Assembly: GCA_013239625.1 (NCBI GenBank)
Contig: MU053629.1
Coordinates: forward strand, 282,676 to 346,675
Length of the DNA stretch: 64,000 nt
DNA from: Lama guanicoe
Lineage: Eukaryota
Direction: 5' to 3'
In this document: positions 24,561 to 38,284 of the stretch, one piece after another
Layout of the letters: each line of letters starts with the position of its first letter
How positions within the stretch are numbered: position 1 is the stretch's first letter
Position numbers and translations under genes: made by a program
The notes under the pieces: generated by a model
Seen by the model: only the letters and a program-made list of their open reading frames with translations
Told to the model about the DNA's origin: nothing
Database searches by the model: none

Positions 24561-25844
24561 AACCCTATATATTTTGCAGGCAGCAGGCACTTAATTATAT
24601 AATTGCTAAAAAGAAAAAAATAGTCTGAAGGCTGAAAATTACTTGAAAGTTGTTTCTGTCATAAGGCAATTTTCTTTCCCAAGCACTTTTCTTTTTTAAA
24701 TTCTGAAAAGTAGGTGCCAGATACCCTGACATGTGGTGCTAAGCATAGAACCCACCAGAATACCATTGTTCCTGTTCTGAGAACGTGCTAACTCACGTAA
24801 CGAGTGGCAGCTCATTAGACTGATTCCTCATATGCTGAAGTTCAGGGGGCTCAAATGTGAGGGCAGGTAGCCAGACAGCCTCATGCATGCTTTCTACTTG
24901 CCTAGGCAACATCGTGGGTTCCTTTGCTGTCTTTTCCCCTAACTTTCCCACCTCTGAGACCTCAGAGATGGGAGCTGCCTACATCAGCTTGAGCAGCCAA
25001 GCTTGAAGTTATCTGGTACCGTGTTCCGACCTTCACCACTAAATGTGGTCTTCCTGCCACCCCTTGTGGTCTGCAGGTTCTTAAAAATTACATAAAGAAG
25101 ATGTAGGTGGGCATATCAAAGATGCCTCATTGGAACTATTTAAGGATGCAGACAGTGGAGAGCTCAGACGCCCTGGATTGCCTACACCAGCTGGTTCAGA
25201 GCACCTGGCCCATATGCCCAGAGCCCTCGGGCTGAGGTCTGGGTTCCGGCACAGCCTACAGGCTGTGTCTCCTTGGACAAGTCACTCACCCTCTCTGGAC
25301 CACAATTCTTCTTTAAAGTGTTACTAGATGACCTCTGCCGTTCTTCCCAGAATATAATTCTGTAATGCTAAATAAAGACACAACGCCTAGGGCAAACACA
25401 AGAATGATACTATCTAAACTCTCACCCGTCACATAGATGGATAGGCCTGGCTAGCACGTTCTTCATTAAGTGGATAATTCACAATCAAATTATGTATTTA
25501 GGCAGATGTGAAAGTGGAGGTTCCACGAAGAGTCATCTTTATGCAGAATTCAAGTTGACAACTGATGACGTGACTTCAAAAGCAGCCAGGAAGGTCTCCT
25601 TACATAAAATAAAAAGATATTTCACAATTGTTTGCTGAGGCTCCAAGCTCCTTTCAGAGGGCACACAGCCTCTCATTTGACAGAGCTCAGGATGGAACTC
25701 ATGCTATGGTGGAATTCCTGAAAGATAATCCTTCCTGAAAGGCTCTATTGTGGGGCCCAGCTCAGAAAGGACCTAGTTAGGAAAACTGATATTACCTGAA
25801 GTCTCACTGCTCAATAGGTCATCCAAGGACCAGAAGCATGAGTG

Positions 25845-25965
25845 TCTACTAGGTGCTCTTAGACATTCAGACTCTTGGGTACCACCCCAGCCCCACTGAA
25901 TCAGACTCTGCATTTTTACCAGATTCATGGGTGATTTGTTGGCACTTAAAGTTTAAGAAACTCAT
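25845..25965. mobile_element. MER5A-like hAT-Charlie MITE
   Basis: ccaccccagccccactgaatcagactctgcatttt...gtgatt...aaagtttaagaaac. Confidence 0.65.
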
Positions 25966-26965
25966 ATCTAACTGTGTGCTTTGCACATACAATTGTGAAT
26001 AAACTTTCATCATACAGCCTTAAGGGATTCTATTAAATCAAATTGATGGTGTTTGGGTAGAAGCCAATAAATTGAGAGGAGGGAAAATGCAGAAAGGGAA
26101 TCTGAGGGTGAACAGAGATAATTTACCTGCTACGTTTGCACAAAATTAGATCAGCTCTTTATGATTTTTCTTCAATTTGATTTTTAAATGGAGCCATTAT
26201 GACCAGGTCTAAGGGGCTCAGAGTCATCAACCAAAGTGGCACTAAGAGTTAAGAAGGCACCCCTTTCCTCTCCTTTAACTTTTCTTGTCTTGGGGGAAGA
26301 GGGAGATAGATTAAGGACATTTCAAATTGCCCCGAGGGGCCCTCAGTTGGTGGTCTGTGATCTGGGTGTGGGGTAGGGGAGATGTCAGGACTCTGGCATC
26401 CAGCTAGCCTGGGTTCCAATCTAAACTCTGCAGTTGTGTGGTTTTTGGGCAATTTAATCTCTGAGTGTCATTTCCTCTTCCATAAAATGAGAATACTGAT
26501 CCTTATAATGTCCTCAGGGGCAATTCAGAGATGTAAAGACTTGAAAGCATCTCCTCTGGGGTAGGTAACAATGTCACTGCAGCAAATGTGAATACCTTTC
26601 TCAGACCTAGTGTTTCAGGGAGCCTCAGCGCAATTAACCCCTCGCTCCCCATCCCCACCCCACCCCACCATCTTTGTGCAAGGTGACTTGACAAACATAC
26701 ATTGAGTGCCTCGCGTGAGCCAGGCAAGTGAGTACACACCAGAGCCTTCCCTGGGATGGCTTCATCTGGTAAGAGGTTACTATGGAGTTCAATGTTTTTG
26801 AGACTTTCAGATTTCACAGGTCATTAAAATCTCAAAACTAATTTAGGGCACTGATTAAAGGTGGCCAAATTTTTTTTTTTTGCTGTTGTTAAGAAAGTCA
26901 TTTTTAAACTTTCACTGTTTCTGAAAGAAAAACTTATTTTAACATCAAAAAATGGGACATTATGA

Positions 26966-27453
26966 TGTCCATCGACAGATGACTGGATAAAGAAGATGTG
27001 GTATATTTATACAATGGAAAACTATTCAGCCATAAAAACTGACAACATAATGCCATTTGCAGCAACATGGATGTCCCTGGAGAATGTCATTCTAAGTGAA
27101 GTAAGCCAGAAAGAGAAAGAAAAATACCATATGAGATCGCTCATATGTGGAATCTAAAAAAAAACAGAACATAAATACACAACAGAAACAAACTCATAGA
27201 CATAGAATAGAAACTTGTGGTTGCCAAGGGGGCGGGGGTGGGAAGGGACAGACTGGGATTTCAAAATGTAGAATAGATAAACAAGATTATACTGTATAGC
27301 ACAGGGAAATATATACAAGATCTTGTGGTAGCTCACAGCGAAAAAAATGTGACAATGAATATATGTATGTTCATGTATGGCTGAAAAATTGTGCTCTATA
27401 CTGGAATTTGACACAACACTGTAAAATGACTATAACTCAATAAAAAATGTAAA
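26966..27453 (+). mobile_element. Young L1 3' fragment (~490 bp)
   Basis: TSD aaaaaatgggacattatga/aaaaagtgggacagtatga (26947-26965, 27454-27472). Confidence 0.92.
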
Positions 27454-29354
27454 AAAAAGTGGGACAGTATGAAAGACAATCCTTTTATATCGAATAAATT
27501 GAACTCTTTGAAAAATGTTGCATTGTCCTTCTGTTTTCACAATATGAATAGACGAAAACCTTTGCACGGACGTGAGGCATTTGGTAACTGCTCCCATTTA
27601 AAACCTCAGAGGGCTAAGGGGATAGGTTTTGTCCAGGAGTTGCATAAAGTTGCCAGAAAGTCTGCTGACCGTACCCGAAGCCCTACCTCCATCTCCTCAC
27701 CCACAACAAGGTTGTAGCTGGGAAGTGTAACAGGACAGGACAGCTGAAAGGTTAGGCTACCCCAGGCATCTTCAATCTAAACGGTGTTTCATTTGAGTGA
27801 AGCAAAGCCTTCTCTGGGCCCTGGCTGCACTGGGCTCTGGGAAGACACTGAAGCGACAAGCAGATGGGAGTCGAAATGCAATTAGTTAATGCAATTGCGT
27901 TATTTAATGCACTTAGCAAATGTACATGTTTTTAAAAGAACTGAAAGCAACTGCATCCAAATGCAGGCGGATGTTATTGCTAGTTGGCTGGGATGACAGT
28001 TTATTTTTACGTGTTCTGAACTTTTCAGGATTTTCCAAGAAGATAGACTGTTTATATAATAAGAAAAGAGTTTATCTTGAAAAAAAGTAAGTACATAAAA
28101 AATTTAAACTGTGGGATTAGGGTTCCCAGGAGTTGTGCAGTGCACTACCTGCATAGCCATAGGCAATGTGCCTGCCTGAAATACATTTAGCTCCATTGTA
28201 TAGCCTCTGGTACCTTTTCAATTTTGTGCCTCAAGCATATATTATCTATTCAAAAAATAGTTAATTTTAAAAATGTTCAGAAGGCTGGAAAAGGAGTTCC
28301 TCCTGTGCTGTATCATTTTCTACCTACTCCCCAGCACAACCCCACCCCACCTGCTACCCCGTCTTTGGGCGCTCCCTGTGGCCACCCGGCTAGTTAGCAG
28401 ATGACATCCTATTAGGTAGAGTAGGTGGGATCATTTTCATCTGGCAGCTTGGTCTTGCCTGGCTTGATTGTTACAATTAGAATTGCAAACCGTGACTCAA
28501 AACAAAGACCACTTCAAAAATCCAGTGCTCACCAAAACATGATGCTATGATGAGAAATTTAGATGAGAAAATGAATACATAAAGAAAGAAAGGCTTTGTG
28601 CAACCAGACTTCAGGTGGACAGAGCTCTGGGGTCTTCTGGAGTCTGTCTCTGGCCTTTGAGGTAAGGTGAATATGCTTACTCATTAGTAAATATTTGAGA
28701 TGAAAGCTTTTTTGCTCACCTCCTAATTATCATTTTTCCAAAACATCTGCTTCTGGGAGACAATTAATTAGTTGGTTATTCCTGAAGGATAGATTTGAGG
28801 AGATCAAAGACCCTCAAAAATGTAACGGAGAGAGAACTAAACTGCAGAAATTTTTTCTGTGGAGGAATGAAGATCAGAATTCATTTGGGGAGTGTCACAG
28901 TGGACGAGGTTTGCTCTGTTTTTCTTTCTTTTCTTTCAGAAAACCAAAGCTCCTGCTGGGATACAAATATTTAACTCGTACTGTATTTTATTAGCCTTCT
29001 CTTTGAAGGGCTACCACTTAAAACTTCTCTCTCTTCCTCATTAGATAAACACATGAAAGACATGTTTCATCTAGGACTATACGCAGAAACTTATGCGATA
29101 CTGTGCAGTGAAAAATGAAGGTAAACCCTCAAGGATGGTTTCCTGATGTGCACTTCAGACATTCCCTCATTTGACTTTTTCCCGTATGATCTACACAAGT
29201 CAACCAACAAATAGATACTGATAAATCATGCAAGTTTATCTTACGTCCGTGCACAGACATGTTGGCATGGGGACTGGGCTTGCCAGTGTCCTTGTCCCCA
29301 CTCCCCAGGGGACTCTGCTGCTCCATAGCTTTTCCTTTCCTGTTTATGAAATCA

Positions 29355-29706
29355 TGGCTATAGAACGAATGTTTGTGTCCCACAAAATCCATGCGCTGAA
29401 GCCTAGTCCCCCAAGGTGATGGAAGTAGTAGGAAGTGGGGCCTTTGAGAGGCGATTAGGTCATGAAGGCAGAGCACCCCTGAATGGCATCAGTGTCCCTG
29501 TAAAACAGATCCCAGAGAGCTTGCCGGCCCCTTCTGCCGTGTTGAGGACTTGACGAGAGGACGGCCGTCTGTGAACCAGGAGGTGGTCTGTCACCAGGCA
29601 GTGAATCTGCAGGCACTTTGATCTTGGCCTTCTCAGCCTCCAAAACGGTGAGAAATAAATGCTTGTTGTTTATAAGCCATTCTGTCTGTGGTATTCTGTT
29701 AAAGCA
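29355..29706 (+). mobile_element. MaLR MLT1A/B-like LTR
   Basis: gaatgtttgtgtccc...ggcactttgatcttggccttctcagcctccaaaacggtgagaaataaatg. Confidence 0.85.
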
Positions 29707-31093
29707 TAGTTATTATACCTCTTACATTTTAATTTGATAACTAAATATAAATTTTAGAACACGTGGATGAACAAAGAGGAAAATTTAAATGCCTCGTAAG
29801 TCCCACACTCAAAGATAACTATTAGCATTTCATTAATCTGTTTCTCCAGCCTTTTTCTACTCATAAAAATACTCTTCTACATAAATAGACTCCTGGAGTA
29901 CACACTGTTTTCTAATTTGGTTTTTCTCCCCCCTCTTTGCTTTCCCACAACACTGGTCTATAACAGAATAGAGAGAAGAAAATAACTATTCTGACTGAGG
30001 TGGGTGTTGAAACGGTTCTGACAACGCTTGCCAATCACACTTCATCCAAAAATCATTCCACACTTAGCTAAGTGTTTCCATATATGTTGGCCATCAAAAT
30101 GCAGCCCACTCTGTGAGTCATCAGGACCCCTGGTGAGGAACCCCACCGCAGGGTTGCTCTATTCCACATCCGACACAGTCACATGTCTAGAAGTGATCTG
30201 GACACTGTAGACGGGCCTGGGCCCTGGGGGGGCCATGTAATGGATCTGCAGTGCCCCCAGCCCCAGAATTGGCCCTGGTGTAGTTCACTTTATCAAACTG
30301 GGAAACAGTGCCTTTCGCCCCTTCATCTGCTAATGAATAAAGGCACAGCTGAGATGTTGGCCACTTCAACTCAGAGTCTAAGGGCTGGGATCACGTTATT
30401 CTTTCCCTCCTGGCCCCCCCAAAACAGAATCATTTTCCAGAAATGCTCTGTTCATTGTTCAAGTCATCGGACCCTGTACCTAACCTTCAGCACTTGCAAC
30501 TGGGGACAACTTGTGACCCTGAGAACCTGAAATCTGCTCTAACTCCTTCAACCGCAGGTTGTAGGCAAAGGTCACCGCAGAAGAGTGTCATTTGGTGAAA
30601 GTTTGCAGGGATTTTGAAGTCAGAGGGCACTTGGGCAAGCCCAGGAGTGATATGCGGCAAAGATACGGGGTACGTTGGGAAGATACATCCTAATTAAGTC
30701 TGGATGCCACAGCAGGGTGATTCAAGCCAAGACTGATGTTACTATCGAGAGGAATTTTTGAAGTTAATGAATTGTGTTTTACCTGCAGGGTTTCCCACCC
30801 TGGCTGATCATCAGAATCATCTAAGGGGTGGTTTTTAAAATTCCACATTCCCAAGCAGGTTGCCAAGATTCTAATTTAACAGATCTGGGAAAGGGCATTT
30901 AATGTTCACTTGTTTCTCACTTTGAGCTATTTTCTAAAGTGTTTCATGCTTTTCTTTATTTTTTCCTGTCTGTTTCTTACGTTAAAAAAAATTGACCCTT
31001 TGTCAACTATTTTATTAAGCTGACGATTTAAAAAAAATGAATTGATGTATTAATTCAGACAATACCAGTTCAAATTGATTTGTCCGTTTACAC

Positions 31094-31290
31094 CAGTGGT
31101 TCTCAGACCTGACTGCACCTCAGAATCACCTGGGGAGCTTTTAGAACTCCTAATGCCCAGCCCCCCCCAACTCCCCCTAACTCATCAATTACATCAGAAT
31201 CTCTAGAGATGGAGCCATGGAGCCAAACATCAGTCTCTCAAAGCTCCCCGGGCAATTCCGCCATCAGCCCAGGCTGAGGATCCCTGGGTG
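31094..31290. mobile_element. MER5A-like MITE
   Basis: cagtggttctca...cagaatcacctggggagc...ggctgaggatccctg. Confidence 0.75.
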
Positions 31291-31964
31291 AGACCCCAAC
31301 TGAAGTACCAACCCAGGTAAGACCTCCCAATGAGGGAAATAGTGCAGCTCTGACCTAACAAAGGTGGTGGTGCTGACGGAAGGACCCTGTCACCCTAGTC
31401 GGCCAGATGTGCTCACAGCCAAGCTCTTGGGGTCTTCTAGAGAACCCATAAATTGATACCCCTAGTCAGCCTACTCAAAGAATGCCAGCTTCGCCTCTGC
31501 TAGCTGCCAGGAAACCAGTGTACTCAAAATGTGCAAACAAGAAAGAATCACTGTTCCCATACTTAGGCACCTTGTCCCGTTCCCCCCGTCCCCTCCCATC
31601 CTCTCCCCATCTTTCCCCTCCTGTTTCCTCCTCTCCCCTAATAACTGAGTCCTTCACATGTGAGTAAACAATTTGCATGTAAAATAAATATTCCTTAGTT
31701 ATTCCTTAACACTGATTGCACGGGCATATGTCTTAACTTTGATGTGATTTATTAACAGTAAGCCACCAAAAATGAAGCACCGCTAAATGCCAGACACTAG
31801 GCTGAGCACTCAGAGTCACAATCTCACTTAATTCTTACACCAAGCTTTTGAGATAAGTACTCTTATCATTTGTAATGCGTTGCTGAAGAAGCTGGAGCTT
31901 AGAGGGGGTAAGGGCTACACAGCTACCGTCTACACTGTGTTGTGATTCTGAGGGCTGGGACTCT

Positions 31965-32332
31965 GTGAACCTTCTTTCGGCTTTGCCTTGTCAGGCTCTG
32001 CCAACAGGGGGTAAAGGAGGAGGAGGAGGGACTTGCCCCTTCCCTTTGTTTCCGGTTCCTGTTGACATTCTCCCAGAGATGGCTCTTCCCTTCAAAGATC
32101 CAGGCTCCTGCTCCAGTGTCTCTCCTTCCATCTTCTGGATTCTGAGAACCCCAACTGCTTCTTTTGCCCCCAGCCCCATGGGAGACAAAACTGCTGCTTC
32201 CTGTAGTTCTACTGTGTACACGCTGGGTTGCCTTTTTGCTTTCTTAGTCTTCCAGCACCAATTTAAACAATTCCCTACATTAAATTCTCTCTGGTAAAAT
32301 AGCCAGTGGGTTTCTATTTTCCTGACTGACAA
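31965..32332 (+). mobile_element. ERVL-type LTR fragment
   Basis: Ends attaaattctctc...gggtttctattttcctgactgaca. Confidence 0.5.
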
Positions 32333-32592
32333 AGAAGTTAAATAAGTTACTCAAGGACACAGCAAGAAATGGCAAAATTGGGACTGAAACCTACTTCCCT
32401 CTGACTCCAGACTGCCTGCTCACTCCTGCCCCACTAACAGCATCTCTGCAATTGGCTTAGAATCTCGAGAAAAAAGAGACTTGCCTGGCCTTAGCTTTCT
32501 TCAAGAAAGCCTATTTCAGAAGATTAAAAAAACCCAAAACTCTTTACACCCTTTAAAAACAAATAACTTTAAAGAAAAATGACTACTGGTGT

Positions 32593-33770
32593 AGACACTA
32601 TAAAACTCCTAGAGGAAAACATAGGCAGGATGCTCTTGGACATAAATCACAGCAATATATTTTTTGAACCAGCTTCTGGAGTAATGGAAATAAAAGCAAA
32701 AACAAACAAATTGGATCTAATTAAACTTATAAGCTTTTACACAGCAAAGGAAACCATAAGCAAACAAAATGACAACCTACAGAATGAGAGAAAATATTTG
32801 CAAATGATATGGTTGACAAAGGTTTATTTCCAGAATATATAAACAGCCCATATCACTTAGTAACAAAAAACCAAACAACCCAATCCAAAAATGGGCAGAA
32901 GACCTAAGTAAGCAATTCTCCAATGAAGACATATAAATGGTCAATGGGCACATGAAAAAATGCTCAATATTGCTAATTATCAGAGAAATGCAAATCAAAA
33001 CTACCATGAGGTATCACCTCACACCAGTCAGAATGGCCACCATTCAAAAGTCCACAAATGATAAACGCTGGAGAGGCTGTGGAGAAAAGGGGACCCTCCT
33101 ACACTGCTGGTGGGAATGCAGTTTGGTGTAGCTATTATGGAAAACAGTATGGAGATTTCTCAAAAAACTAAAAATAGACTTACCATATGATCCAGCAATC
33201 CTACTCCTGGGCATATACCCAGAGAAAAATGTAATTCAAAAAGACACATGCACCACCCCCTCAACAATGTTCATAGCAGCATGATTTACAATAGCCAAGA
33301 CAGGGAAACAACCCAAATGTCCATCAACAGATGACTGGATAAAGAAGATGTGGTATATTTATATAGTGGAATACTACTCGACCATAAAAATGAATAAAAT
33401 AATGCCATTTGCAACAACATGGATGGACCTAGAGATCATCATTCTAAGTGAAGTAAGCCAGAAAGAGGAAGAAAAATGCTATATAACACTTATATGTGTA
33501 ATCTAAGAAAAATGACACAAATGAACTTATCTGCAAAACAGAAATAGAATCACAGACATAGAGAACAAACTTATGGTTACCAAAGGGGAAAGGAGGCGGG
33601 AAGGGATAAATGGGGAGTTCAAAAATTGTACCTCTTGAAGGGGTGATGGAAATGTCAACTATCTTGATTGTGGTGGTGGTTTCATGGGTGTATACATCTA
33701 TCAAAACTCATCAAATTGCACATCTGAAATATGTGTACTGTACAGGAACCATACCACAATAAAGGTGTTG
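32593..33770 (+). mobile_element. Chimeric L1 insertion: young L1 ORF2 end/3'UTR (to ~33628) fused to an old L1M-type 3' terminus
   Basis: ORF2 C-terminus [20 protein letters not shown]...[14 protein letters not shown] (32937-33131); 19-bp TSD with 1 mismatch (32574-32592, 33771-33789). Confidence 0.85.
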
Positions 33771-34266
33771 GAAAAATGACTACTGATGTGTGAAACAGAA
33801 AACTTTATGTCAAGTGCTTGATGGTAATTACTCTGAATGCTAATTAAAGTCCTGGATCCTTGAAATAAGAGTGTTTCATATAGGCCAGTACAGTCTTTGC
33901 AGGGGAAGTTGAATTTCAATACTTTAAAGGACAACTCACAACTTCATACTAATATATGTTTGTAGTATATTCCAGGTTGTGATTATTTGTCTGAAGGGGA
34001 AATAGCTTCAAGAACTACGTAATGGATATCACACAGCTTATCTCGCCTACACCCAGGTCATGTACTCCAGAGTATGGGGAACCTGGTGCAGCGTGGGGTC
34101 CTAGAAAAAAGCTCCAGCTTTTGTGTCATCTGGATCTGGACTGGGAGCCCCGTTCCCAGCAAGTCTGAAGCCTGTTTTTTCTCATCCCTAAATACCTGCT
34201 TCATAGTATTAAAGTGAGGCCTTTGAATAAACTGGGCAACACAGAGAAAGCGCATGGTATATTTTA

Positions 34267-34553
34267 TTTTTATTTTTCTAATTTTTTAATGCATTTATTT
34301 TCTTTGAAGCTTTTAAAATTCTTTTTTTCTTTTAGTGGAGGTACTGGCAATTGAACCTAGGACCTCGTGCATGCCGGACGTGTGCTCTACCACTGAGCCA
34401 TTATCCCCCATTTCTGTTTTTGTTTTGGGGGGTAGGTAATTAGGTTTATTAATTAATTAATTAATTTTTAAATAGAGGTACTGGGAATTGAACCCAGGAC
34501 CTTGTGCATGATAAATACACACTCTACCACTGAGATATACACCCCACACACAC
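34267..34553 (-). mobile_element. Tandem pair of vic-1-like SINEs
   Basis: Two tRNA-like heads (5' ends near 34410 and 34545) inside one TSD tggtatatttta (34255-34266, 34554-34565). Confidence 0.9.
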
Positions 34554-34581
34554 TGGTATATTTTAGAGTATTCTGTTCTTA

Positions 34582-34608
34582 ACACACACACACACACACA
34601 CACACACA
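34582..34608. repeat. (CA)n microsatellite
   Basis: Directly visible; further tracts at 35111-35130 (CA), 49746-49774 (TG), ~55727-55750 (GTT). Confidence 0.95.
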
Positions 34609-36889
34609 GATACCAGGGTAACCAAATGTTATTGGAAAGTATAAAAGTAATACTGAATCCCATGAACAGGATAAGAAGATAAATTATTCTAGAGATGACA
34701 ACTCTATCAAATTAATGTAGAGATTTAATGCCATCCCAATCAAAATTTCAAGGGGTTTCTATAGTACTCAGTGATATCATATTTGTGATTATAAAAAAAG
34801 CGTAAGAATTCTAAAAGTCATTAACCAAGATGGAAATATACAAAATAGAAAGAAGAAGGTCCTCTCTCATCCCATCTGCCAGAGGTCTCCACTGTGAAGA
34901 GACTGGTGGATACCCTTTGAGGTTTTCTCTGTGTGTACCAATACCCCTGGAACCCCAGTGCTCAGTGGCTAGTCTTGTGGGAGGGAGAGTTTGTTCAGTT
35001 TCTAACCATAGGCTTACTGCTAGGCCGCAAGCACATACACAGCATCCAGAGCAGTGAAGAGTCCTGAGTCCTGGATCTGGGTAGGAAACCCATAAACCTA
35101 GAAGAGTCTGCACACACACACACACACACATTTGTGGTACAGTGGCAACTTTCTGCTCCCAAGGGGAAATGGTGGACAATTTTTCCCCTGAGAGCAGTCA
35201 CTAACACAGGGCCAGGTCTTGGCTTTCCTGTCCTACTGATAAAAGCCAGTGCTCACTAACTCTGCAGGCTCATTTGCACAGTCTCCAGGTAAGAAATTTG
35301 GGGGTAACATTTCCCTTGAGATGCACTGTGTGCCAGTGTCAATACGGGCCAATAACCCTTACCATTATCTAGGTCAGGATCCTGGCAAGGAACAAAAAAG
35401 ACACTGTGCAAAGGGTAATTAAATAGCACACAACGAAAGGACCATCTTCAGAGGTGTGGCTGAGGTAAAGGGACAACAGCAGGGGTGGGGGGCACCCTGG
35501 GGCTTTTTCCTTCCCTCACACTGATTCTTGCCCTCAATCTCCCCTCTTTCTCATGCCTCTCTCTCCCTCTGCCTCTACTGCAGCCACTAGCCCAGAAATT
35601 GGATGTGTTGAATTAAATACAAACCTGCTGTAATTCCATTGCACCTCACAGCTACCTTATTGTTGTTTACCTCTCCTTCTTCTCCTTCATTTCTGGGGAA
35701 GCTGTGAATTTAAGCTGTGGAGCCCCAATTCCCTGACCACTCCCTCCCAGGGGAGGGTTAGTGGAGGTCTCAAGCTGCCTCGCTCAGCCTTCTGGATCCT
35801 ACTGTGCCAGCATCCCTTACTCGAGTTAAGAACATTTGCAGTGCTGCTCTCAGCCTGCTCGACACAGCAACGGGATGACGCTTGGGTACCAGCCATGGTT
35901 GGCTGCAGTGAGAGCCTGGAGCTGCCTTTCAGGGTTTGAACCTAGTGATAGCCGCAGACCCCAGACCCTTTTCACACCATTCCCTGCACATCTGCATTTC
36001 CCCAGTACCACAGAGGGTTTCCTCAGGAGGGGGGCCCTGGGCTGTCACCTGCCTATTCTGCCCACATCCATGTGGAAGGATGGAGCGGCTGGGAGCGTGG
36101 CCTGGATTTGCATGACACTCTAGTACAACGGCCAACACTTCACCTGTCTGATTATAGCCTTTTCTGGATTGGCTTTTGAGAAGTGCCCAGGTCCAGGAGC
36201 AAGCAGCCTGTCGTTCATCACCCTCTGTCTGAACTAACTGCCTTGGCGGAAAGGATTCCACCAGAGGAGAGGCAGCTGAGCCACCGTACCGGTCTCCTGC
36301 CAACACTGCATAGGCTGCAGCCAGTTTCCAGTCTAAGCCCTCCTTGCCTGCCTCGCTTGTTCAAATCTCATTCAAAAATTAGAAGTTGTCTCACCCACTA
36401 CTTTCCAAGTGGGCAAGAACGTGGGACACTTCTTCACTTTTTATCTTCCCAAATATCCTACCCAAAACCAATCCCAGACACACACCTGGTCAGTGAACTC
36501 TCTGCTTTCACCCCACCCAGCGCTCAGCAGAATCCTGTCAATTCTGCAGAGTCCACAGATGCATCCATCCCTGTAACGCTCCTCTAGCTGACTCCAATCC
36601 TTGCCACCTCCCCCTTTCCACGCCAATCCGGCATCCTTCACAGAAGCTTTTCATTCCTGGGAGCATCTCATGTGGCTTTCACCACCTGCTCCGCCTCCTG
36701 TCTCAGCACTTTAAAGTGGTGGCCCCCGTAGCTTTTGTCTGTTTTGGTCTTACTCGTTCTGATGCGTTGCTTGTGAATCTGCCTCCTCTCTCTAAGAGCT
36801 ATCCAACATTCCCATATAGCCTTTGTTTAACCACTCGAGAGTCAGTTGAAGACGTCTCACCTCTTTACCTTGAACTGTGTACTTCAGCG

Positions 36890-37225
36890 TGTATCTCAAC
36901 AAGGTTATTTTCTTACATAACGACAACACAAGCAACAGACTGAGGAAATGTAATACCATTCTATGATATAGACAGGATATTCAAATTTTAACATTGATCT
37001 CCATAATGTCCTCTTAGCATTCTTTCTCCTGATCCTGGTTCCAATTCCAGATCACCATTTTATTTAGATGTCATGTCTTTCTGAGTCTCCTTTATTCCAG
37101 GGCAGTTCCTAGCCTTTCTTCCTTCATGACGCTCACATTTTTGACGAGCACAGGCAGGGGTTTTGTAGGCTGTTCCTCAGTTTGAAGTTGTCTGATCGTT
37201 TCTTCCTGGTGAGACTCAGACTAGG
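36890..37225 (-). mobile_element. L1MC-like 3'UTR fragment
   Basis: ttcttacataac...tattcaaattt...tttagatgtcatgtcttt...tttgaagttgtctgatcgtttcttcctggtgagactcag. Confidence 0.65.
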
Positions 37226-38284
37226 GCGCACGGGCAGGAAGGCTACAGAAGGGCTATGGCTTCTCCACGTGTTCATCTCTGGCAGAAGTTTTGAAGAAAT
37301 TAATTTACCTTTTTCTCCCCATAGTTCCCCTTCTCTCTTCCCCCATCTGAGCAGGAAGAATAGAATAGAATGGAACTCTGATTCCTTGCATCAGTGGGGA
37401 TGTGGAGCAGGGCAGGAAGTGGTAGTTACTTCCTGGCTTTTATTTCCAACAGCGTAGGCCTATTGAGAAGAGATGGAGGGATCCGAAGGAAGCAGAGAGC
37501 AAGAGAGAGAGAGAGGAAGGATTGCCCCTGACCCAAAGGAAATTCAGGGGAGAAGGGTCAGGGATTTCCAGTAAGAGATAGGACCAGAATCCTGCTCCCT
37601 GGGAGAGCCCAAGGTGATGGCAGGACCTCGGAGGGAAGCATTGCCCAGAGAGGATTCCAGGCTTGGGTCTGGCTTGCCAAGATTCCCATGCTCCAAGTAG
37701 GGGAAGGACCAGCAGTTCCAGCAGACCTGAAGGTGTGATACAAACTAAGAGGTGGGTGCCTGCTCACAATACCTGGAGGGGTGTTGCCCCAGGAAGGACC
37801 CAGAACCTTTGTCCCACCTTCGGAAAGTGGCACAGGTCCCAGGAGTGATTGCCTGTCACAAGGAAGACTTACAGGTACAATTAAGTTTTGTCTGAAAATA
37901 GCAAAGGAAATGTCATCTTTTTCCTATGCCCAAGTTTGTGGCTGAGGTTCAGGACCGATGAACACTCACCACCCCCCCTCAACCCTGCCAGCCCCTCTAA
38001 CAGAGCCTAGCTCTCAGCTCTCAGGGACCCTTCCTCTTGGAACCCCTCCTTCACTGCCCCCTCCCCCTGCTCCATTTTAGCTTATTTCTCTCCTTTGCTC
38101 CTCCTCCTTCCAAAGGATCCTGCCTCTCCTTGTGGTCAGTCTCTGAGTGGACCATTGGTCATTTATCTCTGTCCATCTACTGCTGAATGGGGCCCATGCT
38201 CTGGCTCTGCAGATGGCAAGGGAAGGGGAAAGAAGCCATCATCTTGGCTGGACTCAGGGTAGAATATCTGTATGAGCTGTCTAC

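Noticed and set aside
32579..33131. ORFs as host genes (also 20054-20420, 52932-53174, 12519-12797)
   Set aside because: They are broken L1 ORF2 C-terminal remnants
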